Shown here piece by piece: positions 13,701 through 27,600 of a DNA stretch of 64,000 bases; the stretch's first letter is position 1; each line of letters begins with the position of its first letter. Source of the DNA: Eledone cirrhosa (lineage: Eukaryota); the NCBI GenBank assembly GCA_964016885.1, contig OZ024740.1, positions 279,248,001 through 279,312,000 on the forward strand, in the 5' to 3' direction. The notes under the pieces were generated by a model. That model ran no database searches, was not told the DNA's origin, and worked only from the letters and a program-made list of their open reading frames with translations. The translations under genes were made by a program, and so were the position numbers.

Positions 13701-16700
13701 AAAAAAAAATCAGGGGTAGATAATTTGTAAAAAAAAATCAGGGGGAGATAATTTGTAAAAAAAAATCAGGGGGAGATAATTTGTAAAAAAAATGAAAGGG
13801 GAGATAATATCCAGCCGTCCAAGGGGAGATAATTTCCAGCCGTCCAAGGGGAGATAATTTCCAGCCGTCCAAGGGGAGATAATTTCCATCCTTCCAAGGG
13901 GATATAATTTCCAGCCGTCCAAGGGGAGATAATTTCCATCCTTCCAAGGGGATATAATTTCCAGCCGTCCAAGGGGAGATAATTTTCAGCCGTCCAAGGA
14001 GAGGTAATTTCTAGCCGTCCAAGGAGAGATAATTTCCAGCCGTCCAAGGGGAGATAATTTCCAGCCGTCCAAGGGGAGATAATTTCCAGCCGTCCAAGGA
14101 GACATATTTTCCAGCCGTCCAAGGAGAGGTAATTCCTAGCCGTCCAAGGGGAGATAAATTCCAGCCTCCAAGGGGAGATAATTTCCAGCCAGCCAAGGGG
14201 AGATAATTTGTAAAAAAAATCAGGGGGAGATAATTTGTAAAAAAAATCAGGGGGAGATAATTTGTAAAAAAAAATCAGGGGGAGATAATTTGTAAAAAAT
14301 AATCAGGGGGAGATAATTTGTAAAAAAAATCAAGGGGAGATAATTTCCAGCCGTCCAAGGGGAGATAATTTTCAGCCGTCCAAGGGGAGATAATTTCCCG
14401 CCAGCCAAGGGAAGATAATATTTAAAAAAATTAGGCGGAGATAATTTGTAAAAAAAATCAGGGGGAGATAATTTGTAAAAAAATCAGGGGGAGATAATTT
14501 GTAAAAAAAATCAGGGGGAGATAATTTGTAAAAAAAATCAGGGGGAGATAATTTGTAAAAAAATTCATGGGGAGATAATTTGTAAAAAAAAATCAGGGGT
14601 AGATAATTTGTAAAAAAAAATCAGGGGGAGATAATTTGTAAAAAAAAATCAGGGGGAGATAATTTGTAAAAAAAATCAAGGGGAGATAATTTCCAGCCGT
14701 CCAAGGGGAGATAATTTTCAGCCGTCCAAGGAGAGGTAATTTCTAGCCGTCCAAGGGGAGATAATTTCCAGCCGTCCAAGGGGAGGTAATTTCCAGCCGT
14801 CCAAGGGGAGATAATTTAAAAAAAAAAATCAGGCGGAGATAATTTGTAAAAAAAATCAAGGGGAGATAATTTGCAGCCGTCCAAGGGGAGATAATTTTCA
14901 GTCGTCCAAGGAGAGGTAATTTCTAGCCGTCCAAGGGGAGATAATTGCCAGCCGTCCAAGGGGAGATAATTTCCAGCCGTCCAAGGGGAGATAATTTTTT
15001 TTAAAAAATCAGGCGGAGATAATTTGTAAAAAAAATCAGGGGGAGATAATTTGTAAACAAAATCAGGGGGAGATAATTTGTAAAAAAAAATCAGGGGGAG
15101 ATAATTTGTAAAAAAAATCATGGAGAGATAATTTCCAGCCGTCCAAGGTGAGATAATTTCCAGCCGTCCAAGGAGACATATTTTCCAGCCGTCCAAGGCG
15201 AGGTAATTTCTAGCCGTCCAAGGGGAGATAAATTCCAGCCTCCAAGGGGAGATAATTTCCAGCTAGCCAAGTGGAGATAATTTGTAAAAAAATCAGGGGG
15301 AGATAATTTGTAAAAAATATCAGGGAGATAATTTGTAAAAAAAAATCAGGGGGAGATAATTTGTAAAAAAAATCAGGGGGAGATAATTTGTAAAAAAAAA
15401 TCAGGGGGAGATAATTTGTAAAAAAAATCAAGGGGAGATAATTTCCAGCCGTCCAAGGGGAGATAATTTTCAGCCGTCCAAGGGGAGATAATTTCCCGCC
15501 AGCCAAGGGAAGATAATATTTAAAAAAATCAGGCGGAGATAATTTGTAAAAAAAATCAGGGGGAGATAATTTGTAAAAAAATCAGGGGGAGATAATTTGT
15601 AAAAAAAAAATCAGGGGGAGATAATTTGTAAAAAAAATCAGGGGGAGATAATTTGTAAAAAAAAATCAGGGATAGATAATTTGTAAACAAAAATCAGGGG
15701 GAGATAATTTGTAAAAAAAAATCAGGGGGAGATAATTTGTAAAAAAAATGAAAGGGGAGATAATATCCAGCCGTCCAAGGGGAGATAATTTCCAGCCGTC
15801 CAAGGGGATATAATTTCCAGCCGTCCAAGGGGAGATAATTTCCATCCTTCCAAGGGGATATAATTTCCAGCCGTCCAAGGGGAGATAATTTCCCGCCAGC
15901 CAAGGGAAGATAATTTTTAAAAAAATCAGGCGGAGATTGTAAAAAAAATCAGGGGGGAGATAATTTGTAAAAAAATCAGGGGGAGATAATTTGTAAAAAA
16001 TAATCAGGGGGAGATAATTTGTAAAAAAATTCAAGGGGAGATAATTTCCAGCCGTCCAAGGGGAGATAATTTCCCGCCAGCCAAGGGAAGATAATATTTA
16101 AAAAAATTAGGCGGAGATAATTTGTAAAAAAATCAGGGGGAGATAATTTGTAAAAAAATCAGGGGGAGATAATTTGTAAAAAAAATCAGGGGGAGATAAT
16201 TTGTAAAAAAAAATCAGGAGTAGATAATTTGTAAAAAAAAATCAGGGGGAGATAATTTGTAAAAAAAAATCAGGGGGAGATAATTTGTAAAAAAAATCAA
16301 GGGGAGATAATATCCAGCCGTCCAAGGAGAGATAATTTAAAAAAAAAATGAGGCGGAGATAATTTGTAAAAAAAAAATCAGGGGGAGTTAATTTGTAAAA
16401 AAAAATGAGGGGGAGATAATTTGTAAAAAAAATCAAGGGGAGATAATTTCCAGCCGTCCAAGGGGAGATAATTTTCAGCCGTCCAAGGAGAGGTAATTTC
16501 TAGCCGTCCAAGGGGAGATAATTTCCAGCCGTCCAAGGGGAGGTAATTTCCAGCCGTCCAAGGGGAGATAATTTTAAAAAAAAAATCAGGCGGAGATAAT
16601 TTGTAAAAAAAATCAAGGGGAGATAATTTGCAGCCGTCCAAGGGGAGATAATTTTCAGTCGTCCAAGGAGAGGTAATTTCTAGCCGTCCAAGGGGAGATA

Positions 16701-19700
16701 ATTTCCAGCCGTCCAAGGGGAGATAATTTCCAGCCGTCCAAGGGGAGATAATTTTTTTTAAAAAATCAGGCGGAGATAATTTGTAAAAAAAATCAGGGGG
16801 AGATAATTTGTAAACAAAATCAGGGGGAGATAATTTGTAAAAAAAAATCAGGGGGAGATAATTTGTAAAAAAAATTAGGCGTAGATAATTTGTAAAAAAA
16901 AATCAGGGGGAGATAATTTGTAAAAAAAAATCAGGGGGAGATAATTTGTTTAAAAAATCAAGGGGAGATAATTTGCAGCCGTCCAAGGGGAGATAATTTT
17001 CAGCCGTCCAAGGAGAGGTAATTTCTAGCCGTTCAAGGGGAGATAATTTCCAGCCGTCCAAGGGGAGATAATTTCCAGCCGTCCAAGGGGAGATAATTTT
17101 TTTTTTAAAATCAGGCGGAGATAATTTGTAAAAAAAAATCAGGGGGAGATAATTCGTAAAAAAAAATCAGGGGGAGATAATTTGTAAAAAAAAATCAGGG
17201 GGAGATAATTTGTAAAAAAAATCAAGGGGAGATAATTTCCAGCCGTCCAAGGGGAGGTAATATCTAGCCGTCCAAGGGGAGATAATTTCCAGCCGTCCAA
17301 GGGGAGATAATTTCCAGCCGTCCAAGGGGAGATAATTTCCAGCCGTCCAAGGAGACATATTTTCCAGCCGTCCAAGGCGAGGTAATTTCTAGCCGTCCAA
17401 GGGGAGATTAATTCCAGCCTCCAAGGGGAGATAATTTCCAGCCAGCCAAGGGGAGATAATTTGTAAAAAAATCAGGGGGAGATAATTTGTAAAAAATATC
17501 AGGGAGATAATTTGTAAAAAAAAATCAGGGGGAGATAATTTGTAAAAAAAATCAGGGGCAGATAATTTGTAAAAAAAAATCAGGGGGAGATAATTTGTAA
17601 AAAAAATCAAGGGGAGATAATTTCCAGCCGTCCAAGGGGAGATAATTTTCAGCCGTCCAAGGAGAGGTAATTTCTAACCGTCCGAGGAGAGATAATTTCC
17701 AGCCGTCCAAGGGGAGATAATTTCCAGCCGTCCAAGGGGAGATAATTTCCAGCCGTCCAAGGAGACATATTTTCCAGCCGTCCAAGGAGAGGTAATTTCT
17801 AGCCGTCCAAGGGGAGATAAATTCCAGCCTCCAAGGGGAGATAATTTCCAGCCAGCCAAGGGGAGATAATTTGTAAAAAAATCAGGGGGAGATAATTTGC
17901 AAAAAAAATCAGGGGGAGATAATTTGTAAAAAAAATCAGGGGGAGATAATTTGTAAAAAATAATCAGGGGGAGATAATTTCCAGCCGTCCAAGGGAAGAT
18001 AATTTCCAGCCCTCCAAGGGGCTATAATTTCCAGTGTCCAAGGGGAGATAATTTCCAGCCAGCGAAGGGGAGATAATTTTTTTTAAAAAATCATTGGGAG
18101 ATTTGTAAAAAAAATCAGGGGGAGATAATTTGTAAAAAAAATCAAGGGGAGATAATTTCCAGCCGTCCAAGGGGAGGTAATATCTAGCCGTCCAAGGGTA
18201 GATAATTTCCAGCCGTCCAACGGGAGATAATTTCCAGCCGTCCAAGGGTAGATAATATCCAGCCGCCCAAGGACATATTTTCCAGCCGTCCAAGGAGAGG
18301 TAATTTCTAGCCGTCCAAGGGGAGATAATTTCCAGCCGTCCAAGGGTAGATAATATCCAGCCGTCCAAGGACATATTTTCCAGCCGTCCAAGGAGAGGTA
18401 ATTTCTAGCCGTCCAAGGGGAGATAAATTCCAGCCTCCAAGGGGAGATAATTTCCAGCCAGCCAAGGGGAGATAATTTGTAAAAAAATCAGGGGGAGATA
18501 ATTTGTAAAAAAAATCAGGGGGAGATAATTTGTAAAAAAAAATCAGGGGGAGATAATTTGTAAAAAAAAATCAGGGTGAGATAATTTGCAAAAAAAATCA
18601 GGGGGAGATAATTTGTAAAAAAAAATCAGGGGTAGATAATTTGTAAAAAAAAATCAGGGGGAGATAATTTGTAAAAAAAAATCAGGGGGAGATAATTTGT
18701 AAAAAAAATCAAGGGGAGATAATTTCCAGCCGTCCAAGGAGAGATAATTTAAAAAAAAATCAGGCGGAGATAATTTGTAAAAAAAAATCAGGGGGAGATA
18801 ATTTGTAAAAAAAATCAGGGGGAGATAATTTGTAAAAAAAAATCAGGGGTAGATAATTTGTAAAAAAAAATCAGGGGGAGATAATTTGTAAAAAAAAATC
18901 AGGAGGAGATAATTTGTAAAAAAAATCAAGGGGAGATAATTTCCAGCCGTCCAAGGAGAGATAATTTAAAAAAAAATCAGGCGGAGATAATTTGTAAAAA
19001 AAAATCAGGGGGAGATAATTTGTAAAAAAAAATCAGGGGGAGATAATTTGTAAAAAAAATCAAGGGGAGATAATTTCCAGCCGTCCAAGGGGAGATAATT
19101 TTCAGCCGTCCAAGGGGAGATAATTTCCAGCCAGCGAAGGGGAGATAATTTTTTTTAAAAAATCATTGGGAGATTTGTAAAAAAAATCAGGGGGAGATAA
19201 TTTGTAAAAAAAATCAAGGGGAGATAATTTCCAGCCGTCCAAGGGGAGGTAATATCTAGCCGTCCAAGGGGAGATAATTTCCAGCCGTCCAAGGGGAGAT
19301 AATTTCCAGCCGTCCCAGGGTAGATAATATCCAGCCGCCCAAGGACATATTTTCCAGCCGTCCAAGGAGAGGTAATTTCTAGCCGTCCAAGGGGAGATAA
19401 ATTCCAGCCTCCAAGGGGAGATAATTTCCAGCCAGCCAAGGGGAGATAATTTGTAAAAAAATCAGGGGGAGATAATTTGTAAAAAAAATCAGGGGGAGAT
19501 AATTTGTAAAAAAAAATCAGGGGGAGATAATTTGTAAAAAAAAATCAGGGGGAGATAATTTGCAAAAAAAATCAGGGGGAGATAATTTGTAAAAAAAAAT
19601 CAGGGGTAGATAATTTGTAAAAAAAAATCAGGGGGAGATAATTTGTAAAAAAAAATCAGGGGGAGATAATTTGTAAAAAAAATCAAGGGGAGATAATTTC

Positions 19701-21600
19701 CAGCCGTCCAAGGAGAGATAATTTTAAAAAAATCAGGCGGAGATAATTTGTAAAAAAAAATCAGGGGGAGATAATTTGTAAAAAAAATCAGGGGGAGATA
19801 ATTTGTAAAAAAAAATCAGGGGTAGATAATTTGTAAAAAAAAATCAGGGGGAGATAATTTGTAAAAAAAAATCAGGGGGAGATAATTTGTAAAAAAAATC
19901 AAGGGGAGATAATTTCCAGCCGTCCAAGGAGAGATAATTTTAAAAAAAATCAGGCGGAGATAATTTGTAAAAAAAAATTAGGGGGAGATAATTTGTAAAA
20001 AAAAATCAGGGGGAGATAATTTGTAAAAAAAATCAAGGGGAGATAATTTCCAGCCGTCCAAGGGGAGATAATTTTCAGCCGTCCAAGGGGAGATAATTTC
20101 CCGCCAGCCAAGGGAAGATAATATTCAAAAAAATCAGGCGGAGATAATTTGTAAAAAAAATCAGGGGGAGATAATTTGTAAAAAAATCAGGGGGAGATAA
20201 TTTGTAAAAAAAAAAATCAGGGGGAGATAATTTGTAAAAAAAATCAGGGGGAGATAATTTGTAAAAAAAAATCAGGGGTAGATAATTTGTAAAAAAAAAT
20301 CAGGGGGAGATAATTTGTAAAAAAAAATCAGGGGGAGATAATTTGTAAAAAAAATGAAAGGGGAGATAATATCCAGCCGTCCAAGGGGAGATAATTTCCA
20401 GCCGTCCAAGGGGAGATAATTTCCAGCCGTCCAAGGGGAGATAATTTCCATCCTTCCAAGGGGATATAATTTCCAGCCGTCCAAGGGGAGATAATTTCCA
20501 TCCTTCCAAGGGGATATAATTTCCAGCCGTCCAAGGGGAGATAATTTTCAGCCGTCCAAGGAGAGGTAATTTCTAGCCGTCCAAGGAGAGATAATTTCCA
20601 GCCGTCCAAGGGGAGATAATTTCCAGCCGTCCAAGGGGAGATAATTTCCAGCCGTCCAAGGAGACATATTTTCCAGCCGTCCAAGGAGAGGTAATTCCTA
20701 GCCGTCCAAGGGGAGATAAATTCCAGCCTCCAAGGGGAGATAATTTCCAGCCAGCCAAGGGGAGATAATTTGTAAAAAAAATCAGGGGGAGATAATTTGT
20801 AAAAAAAATCAGGGGGAGATAATTTGTAAAAAAAAATCAGGGGGAGATAATTTGTAAAAAATAATCAGGGGGAGATAATTTGTAAAAAAAATCAAGGGGA
20901 GATAATTTCCAGCCGTCCAAGGGGAGATAATTTTCAGCCGTCCAAGGGGAGATAATTTCCCGCCAGCCAAGGGAAGATAATATTTAAAAAAATTAGGCGG
21001 AGATAATTTGTAAAAAAAATCAGGGGGAGATAATTTGTAAAAAAATCAGGGGGAGATAATTTGTAAAAAAAATCAGGGGGAGATAATTTGTAAAAAAAAA
21101 TCAGGGGGAGATAATTTGTAAAAAAAATCAAGGGGAGATAATTTCCAGCCGTCCAAGGGAAGATAATTTCCAGCCCTCCAAGGGGCTATAATTTCCAGCG
21201 TCCAAGGGGAGATAATTTCCAGCCAGCGAAGGGGAGATAATTTTTTTTTAAAAATCATTGGGAGATTTGTAAAAAAAATCAGGGGGAGATAATTTGTAAA
21301 AAAAATCAAGGGGAGATAATTTCCAGCCGTCCAAGGGGAGGTAATATCTAGCCGTCCAAGGGGAGATAATTTCCAGCCGTCCAAGGGGAGATAATTTCCA
21401 GCCGTCCAAGGGTAGATAATATCCAGCCGTCCAAGGACATATTTTCCAGCCGTCCAAGGAGAGGTAATTTCTAGCCGTCCAAGGGGAGATAAATTCCAGC
21501 CTCCAAGGTGAGATAATTTCCAGCCAGCCAAGGGGAGATAATTTGTAAAAAAATCAGGGGGAGATAATTTGTAAAAAAAATCAGGGGGAGATAATTTGTA
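4800..21600. repeat. Higher-order direct duplication in satellite A, ~4.8-12.0 kb vs ~14.4-21.6 kb (offset 9656-9685 bp)
   Basis: Rare variants are shared at a near-constant offset: AGCTAGCCAAGTGG 5605/15261, CAGGGATAGA 6011/15667, CAGGAGTAGA 6531/16215, AGATTAATTCC 7721/17405, TCCAACGGG 8533/18216. Identical ORF pair 8281..8691 / 17964..18374. Boundaries are approximate. Confidence 0.88.
8870..14450. repeat. Duplication in satellite A with ~3.12-kb offset (~8.87-11.3 kb vs ~12.0-14.4 kb)
   Basis: CAGGGTGAGATAATTTGCA at 8889/12008 and CAGGAGGAG at 9216/12336. ORF pairs start at 9418/12539 and 10587/13710. Boundaries are approximate. Confidence 0.85.
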
Positions 21601-24600
21601 AAAAAAAATCAGGGGGAGATAATTTGTAAAAAAAAATCAGGGGGAGATAATTTGTAAAAAAAAATCAGGGGGAGATAATTTGTAAAAAAATCAAGGGGAG
21701 ATAATTTCCAGCCGTCCAAGGGGAGATAATTTTCAGCCGTCCAAGGGGAGATAATTTCCCGCCAGCCAAGGGAAGATAATATTTGAAAAAATCAGGCGGA
21801 GATAATTTGTAAAAAAAATCAGGGGGAGATAATTTGTAAAAAAATCAGGGGGAGATAATTTGTAAAAAAAAAATCAGGGGGAGATAATTTGTAAAAAGAA
21901 TCAGGGGGAGATAATTTGTAAAAAAAAATCAGGGGTAGATAAATTGTAAAAAAAAATCAGGGGGAGATAATTTGTAAAAAAAATCAGGGGGAGATAATTT
22001 GTAAAAAAAATGAAAGGGGAGATAATATCCAGCCGTCCAAGGGGAGATAATTTCCAGCCGTCCAAGGGGAGATAATTTCCAGCCGTCCAAGGGGAGATAA
22101 TTTCCATCCTTCCAAGGGGATATAATTTCCAGCCGTCCAAGGGGAGATAATTTCCCGCCAGCCAAGGGAAGATAATTTTAAAAAAAATCAGGCGGAGATT
22201 GTAAAAAAAATCAGGGGGGAGATAATTTGTAAAAAAATCAGGGGGAGATAATTTGTAAAAAAAAATCAGGGGGAGATAATTTGTAAAAAATAATCAGGGG
22301 GAGATAATTTGTAAAAAAAAATCAAGGGGAGATAATTTCCAGCCGTCCAAGGGGAGATAATTTCCCGCCAGCCAAGGGAAGATAATATTTAAAAAAATTA
22401 GGCGGAGATAATTTGTAAAAAAAATCAGGGGGAGATAATTTGTAAAAAAATCAGGGGGAGATAATTTGTAAAAAAAATCAGGGGGAGATAATTTGTAAAA
22501 AAATTCATGGGGAGATAATTTGTAAAAAAAAATCAGGGGTAGATAATTTGTAAAAAAAAATCAGGGGGAGATAATTTGTAAAAAAAAATCAGGGGGAGAT
22601 AATTTGTAAAAAAAATCAAGGGGAGATAATTTCCAGCCGTCCAAGGGGAGATAATTTTCAGCCGTCCAAGGAGAGGTAATTTCTAGCCGTCCAAGGGGAG
22701 ATAATTTCCAGCCGTCCAAGGGGAGGTAATTTCCAGCCGTCCAAGGGGAGATAATTTAAAAAAAAAAATCAGGCGGAGATAATTTGTAAAAAAAATCAAG
22801 GGGAGATAATTTGCAGCCGTCCAAGGGGAGATAATTTTCAGTCGTCCAAGGAGAGGTAATTTCTAGCCGTCCAAGGGGAGATAATTGCCAGCCGTCCAAG
22901 GGGAGATAATTTCCAGCCGTCCAAGGGGAGATAATTTTTTTTAAAAAATCAGGCGGAGATAATTTGTAAAAAAAATCAGGGGGAGATAATTTGTAAACAA
23001 AATCAGGGGGAGATAATTTGTAAAAAAAAATCAGGGGGAGATAATTTGTAAAAAAAATCATGGAGAGATAATTTCCAGCCGTCCAAGGTGAGATAATTTC
23101 CAGCCGTCCAAGGAGACATATTTTCCAGCCGTCCAAGGCGAGGTAATTTCTAGCCGTCCAAGGGGAGATAAATTCCAGCCTCCAAGGGGAGATAATTTCC
23201 AGCCAGCCAAGTGGAGATAATTTGTAAAAAAATCAGGGGGAGATAATTTGTAAAAAATATCAGGGAGATAATTTGTAAAAAAAAATCAGGGGGAGATAAT
23301 TTGTAAAAAAAATCAGGGGGAGATAATTTGTAAAAAAAAATCAGGGGGAGATAATTTGTAAAAAAAATCAAGGGGAGATAATTTCCAGCCGTCCAAGGGG
23401 AGATAATTTTCAGCCGTCCAAGGGGAGATAATTTCCCGCCAGCCAAGGGAAGATAATATTTAAAAAAATCAGGCGGAGATAATTTGTAAAAAAAATCAGG
23501 GGGAGATAATTTGTAAAAAAATCAGGGGGAGATAATTTGTAAAAAAAAAATCAGGGGGAGATAATTTGTAAAAAAAATCAGGGGGAGATAATTTGTAAAA
23601 AAAATCAAGGGGAGATAATTTCCAGCCGTCCAAGGGGAGATAATTTTCAGCCGTCCAAGGGGAGATAATTTGTAAAAAAAATCAAGGGGAGATAATTTCC
23701 AGCCGTCCAAGGGGAGATAATTTCCCGCCAGCCAAGGGAAGATAATATTTAAAAAAATCAGGCGGAGATAATTTGTAAAAAAAATCAGGGGGAGATAATT
23801 TGTAAAAAAATCAGGGGGAGATAATTTGTAAAAAAAAAATCAAGGGGAGATAATTTGTAAAAAAAATCAGGGGGAGATAATTTGTAAAAAAAAATCAGGG
23901 GTAGATAAATTGTAAAAAAAAATCAGGGGGAGATAATTTGTAAAAAAAATCAGGGGGAGATAATTTGTAAAAAAAATGAAAGGGGAGATAATATCCAGCC
24001 GTCCAAGGGGAGATAATTTCCAGCCGTCCAAGGGGAGATAATTTCCAGCCGTCCAAGGGGAGATAATTTCCATCCTTCCAAGGGGATATAATTTCCAGCC
24101 GTCCAAGGGGAGATAATTTCCCGCCAGCCAAGGGAAGATAATTTTTAAAAAAATCAGGCGGAGATTGTAAAAAAAATCAGGGGGGAGATAATTTGTAAAA
24201 AAATCAGGGGGAGATAATTTGTAAAAAAAAATCAGGGGGAGATAATTTGTAAAAAATAATCAGGGGGAGATAATTTGTAAAAAAAAATCAAGGGGAGATA
24301 ATTTCCAGCCGTCCAAGGGGAGATAATTTCCCGCCAGCCAAGGGAAGATAATATTTAAAAAAATTAGGCGGAGATAATTTGTAAAAAAAATCAGGGGGAG
24401 ATAATTTGTAAAAAAATCAGGGGGAGATAATTTGTAAAAAAAATCAGGGGGAGATAATTTGTAAAAAAAATCATGGGGAGATAATTTGTAAAAAAAAATC
24501 AGGGGTAGATAATTTGTAAAAAAAAATCAGGGGGAGATAATTTGTAAAAAAAAATCAGGGGGAGATAATTTGTAAAAAAAATCAAGGGGAGATAATTTCC

Positions 24601-27600
24601 AGCCGTCCAAGGGGAGATAATTTTCAGCTGTCCAAGGAGAGGTAATTTCTAGCCGTCCAAGGGGAGATAATTTCCAGCCGTCCAAGGGGAGGTAATTTCC
24701 AGCCGTCCAAGGGGAGATAATTTTAAAAAAAAAATCAGGCGGAGATAATTTGTAAAAAAAATCAAGGGGAGATAATTTGCAGCCGTCCAAGGGGAGATAA
24801 TTTTCAGTCGTCCAAGGAGAGGTAATTTCTAGCCGTCCAAGGGGAGATAATTGCCAGCCGTCCAAGGGGAGATAATTTCCAGCCGTCCAAGGGGAGATAA
24901 TTTTTTTTAAAAAATCAGGCGGAGATAATTTGTAAAAAAAATCAGGGGGAGATAATTTGTAAACAAAATCAGGGGGAGATAATTTGTAAAAAAAAATCAG
25001 GGGGAGATAATTTGTAAAAAAAATCATGGAGAGATAATTTCCAGCCGTCCAAGGTGAGATAATTTCCAGCCGTCCAAGGAGACATATTTTCCAGCCGTCC
25101 AAGGCGAGGTAATTTCTAGCCGTCCAAGGGGAGATAAATTCCAGCCTCCAAGGGGAGATAATTTCCAGCCAGCCAAGTGGAGATAATTTGTAAAAAAATC
25201 AGGGGGAGATAATTTGTAAAAAATATCAGGGAGATAATTTGTAAAAAAAAATCAGGGGGAGATAATTTGTAAAAAAAATCAGGGGGAGATAATTTGTAAA
25301 AAAAAATCAGGGGGAGATAATTTGTAAAAAAAATCAAGGGGAGATAATTTCCAGCCGTCCAAGGGGAGATAATTTTCAGCCGTCCAAGGGGAGATAATTT
25401 CCCGCCAGCCATGGGAAGATAATATTTAAAAAAATCAGGCGGAGATAATTTGTAAAAAAAATCAGGGGGAGATAATTTGTAAAAAAATCAGGGGGAGATA
25501 ATTTGTAAAAAAAAAATCAGGGGGAGATAATTTGTAAAAAAAATCAGGGGGAGATAATTTGTAAAAAAAAATCAGGGGTAGATAATTTGTAAAAAAAAAT
25601 CAGGGGGAGATAATTTGTAAAAAAAAATCAGGGGGAGATAATTTGTAAAAAAATGAAAGGGGAGATAATATCCAGCCGTCCAAGGGGAGATAATTTCCAG
25701 CCGTCCAAGGGGATATAATTTCCAGCCGTCCAAGGGGAGATAATTTCCATCCTTCCAAGGGGATATAATTTCCAGCCGTCCAAGGGGAGATAATTTCCCG
25801 CCAGCCAAGGGAAGATAATTTTTAAAAAAATCAGGCGGAGATTGTAAAAAAAATCAGGGGGGAGATAATTTGTAAAAAAATCAGGAGGAGATAATTTGTA
25901 AAAAATAATCAGGGGGAGATAATTTGTAAAAAAATTCAAGGGGAGATAATTTCCAGCCGTCCAAGGGGAGATAATTTCCCGCCAGCCAAGGGAAGATAAT
26001 ATTTAAAAAAATTAGGCGGAGATAATTTGTAAAAAAAATCAGGGGTAGATAATTTGTAAAAAAAAATCAGGGGGAGATAATTTGTAAAAAAAAATCAGGG
26101 GGAGATAATTTGTAAAAAAAATCAAGGGGAGATAATTTCCAGCCGTCCAAGGAGAGATAATTTAAAAAAAAATCAGGCGGAGATAATTTGTAAAAAAAAA
26201 TCAGGGGGAGATAATTTGTAAAAAAAATCAGGGGGAGATAATTTGTAAAAAAAAATCAGGGGTAGATAATTTGTAAAAAAAAATCAGGAGGAGATAATTT
26301 GTAAAAAAAATCAAGGGGAGATAATTTCCAGCCGTCCAAGGAGAGATAATTTAAAAAAAAATCAGGCGGAGATAATTTGTAAAAAAAAATCAGGGGGAGA
26401 TAATTTGTAAAAAAAAATCAGGGGGAGATAATTTGTAAAAAAAATCAAGGGGAGATAATTTCCAGCCGTCCAAGGGGAGATAATTTTCAGCCGTCCAAGG
26501 GGAGATAATTTCCCGCCAGCCAAGGGAAGATAATATTCAAAAAAATCAGGCGGATATAATTTGTAAAAAAAATCAGGGGGAGATAATTTGTAAAAAAATC
26601 AGGGGGAGATAATTTGTAAAAAAAAAAATCAGGGGGAGATAATTTGTAAAAAAAATCAGGGGGAGATAATTTGTAAAAAAAATCAGGGGTAGATAATTTG
26701 TAAAAAAAAATCAGGGGGAGATAATTTGTAAAAAAAAATCAGGGGGAGATAATTTGTAAAAAAAATGAAAGGGGAGATAATATCCAGCCGTCCAAGGGGA
26801 GATAATTTCCAGCCGTCCAAGGGGAGATAATTTCCAGCCGTCCAAGGGGAGATAATTTCCATCCTTCCAAGGGGATATAATTTCCAGCCGTCCAAGGGGA
26901 GATAATTTCCATCCTTCCAAGGGGATATAATTTCCAGCCGTCCAAGGGGAGATAATTTTCAGCCGTCCAAGGAGAGGTAATTTCTAGCCGTCCAAGGAGA
27001 GATAATTTCCAGCCGTCCAAGGGGAGATAATTTCCAACCGTCCAAGGGGAGATAATTTCCAGCCGTCCAAGGAGACATATTTTCCAGCCGTCCAAGGAGA
27101 GGTAATTCCTAGCCGTCCAAGGGGAGATAAATTCCAGCCTCCAAGGGGAGATAATTTCCAGCCAGCCAAGGGGAGATAATTTGTAAAAAAAATCAGGGGG
27201 AGATAATTTGTAAAAAAAATCAGGGGTGAGATAATTTGTAAAAAAAAATCAGGGGTAGATAATTTGTAAAAAATAATCAGGGGGAGATAATTTGTAAAAA
27301 AAATCAAGGGGAGATAATTTCCAGCCGTCCAAGGGGAGATAATTTTCAGCCGTCCAAGGGGAGATAATTTCCCGCCAGCCAAGGGAAGATAATATTTAAA
27401 AAAATTAGGCGGAGATAATTTGTAAAAAAAATCAGGGGGAGATAATTTGTAAAAAAATCAGGGGGAGATAATTTGTAAAAAAAATCAGGGGGAGATAATT
27501 TGTAAAAAAAAATCAGGGGGAGATAATTTGTAAAAAAAAACAAGGGGAGATAATTTCCAGCCGTCCAAGGGAAGATAATTTCCAGCCCTCCAAGGGGCTA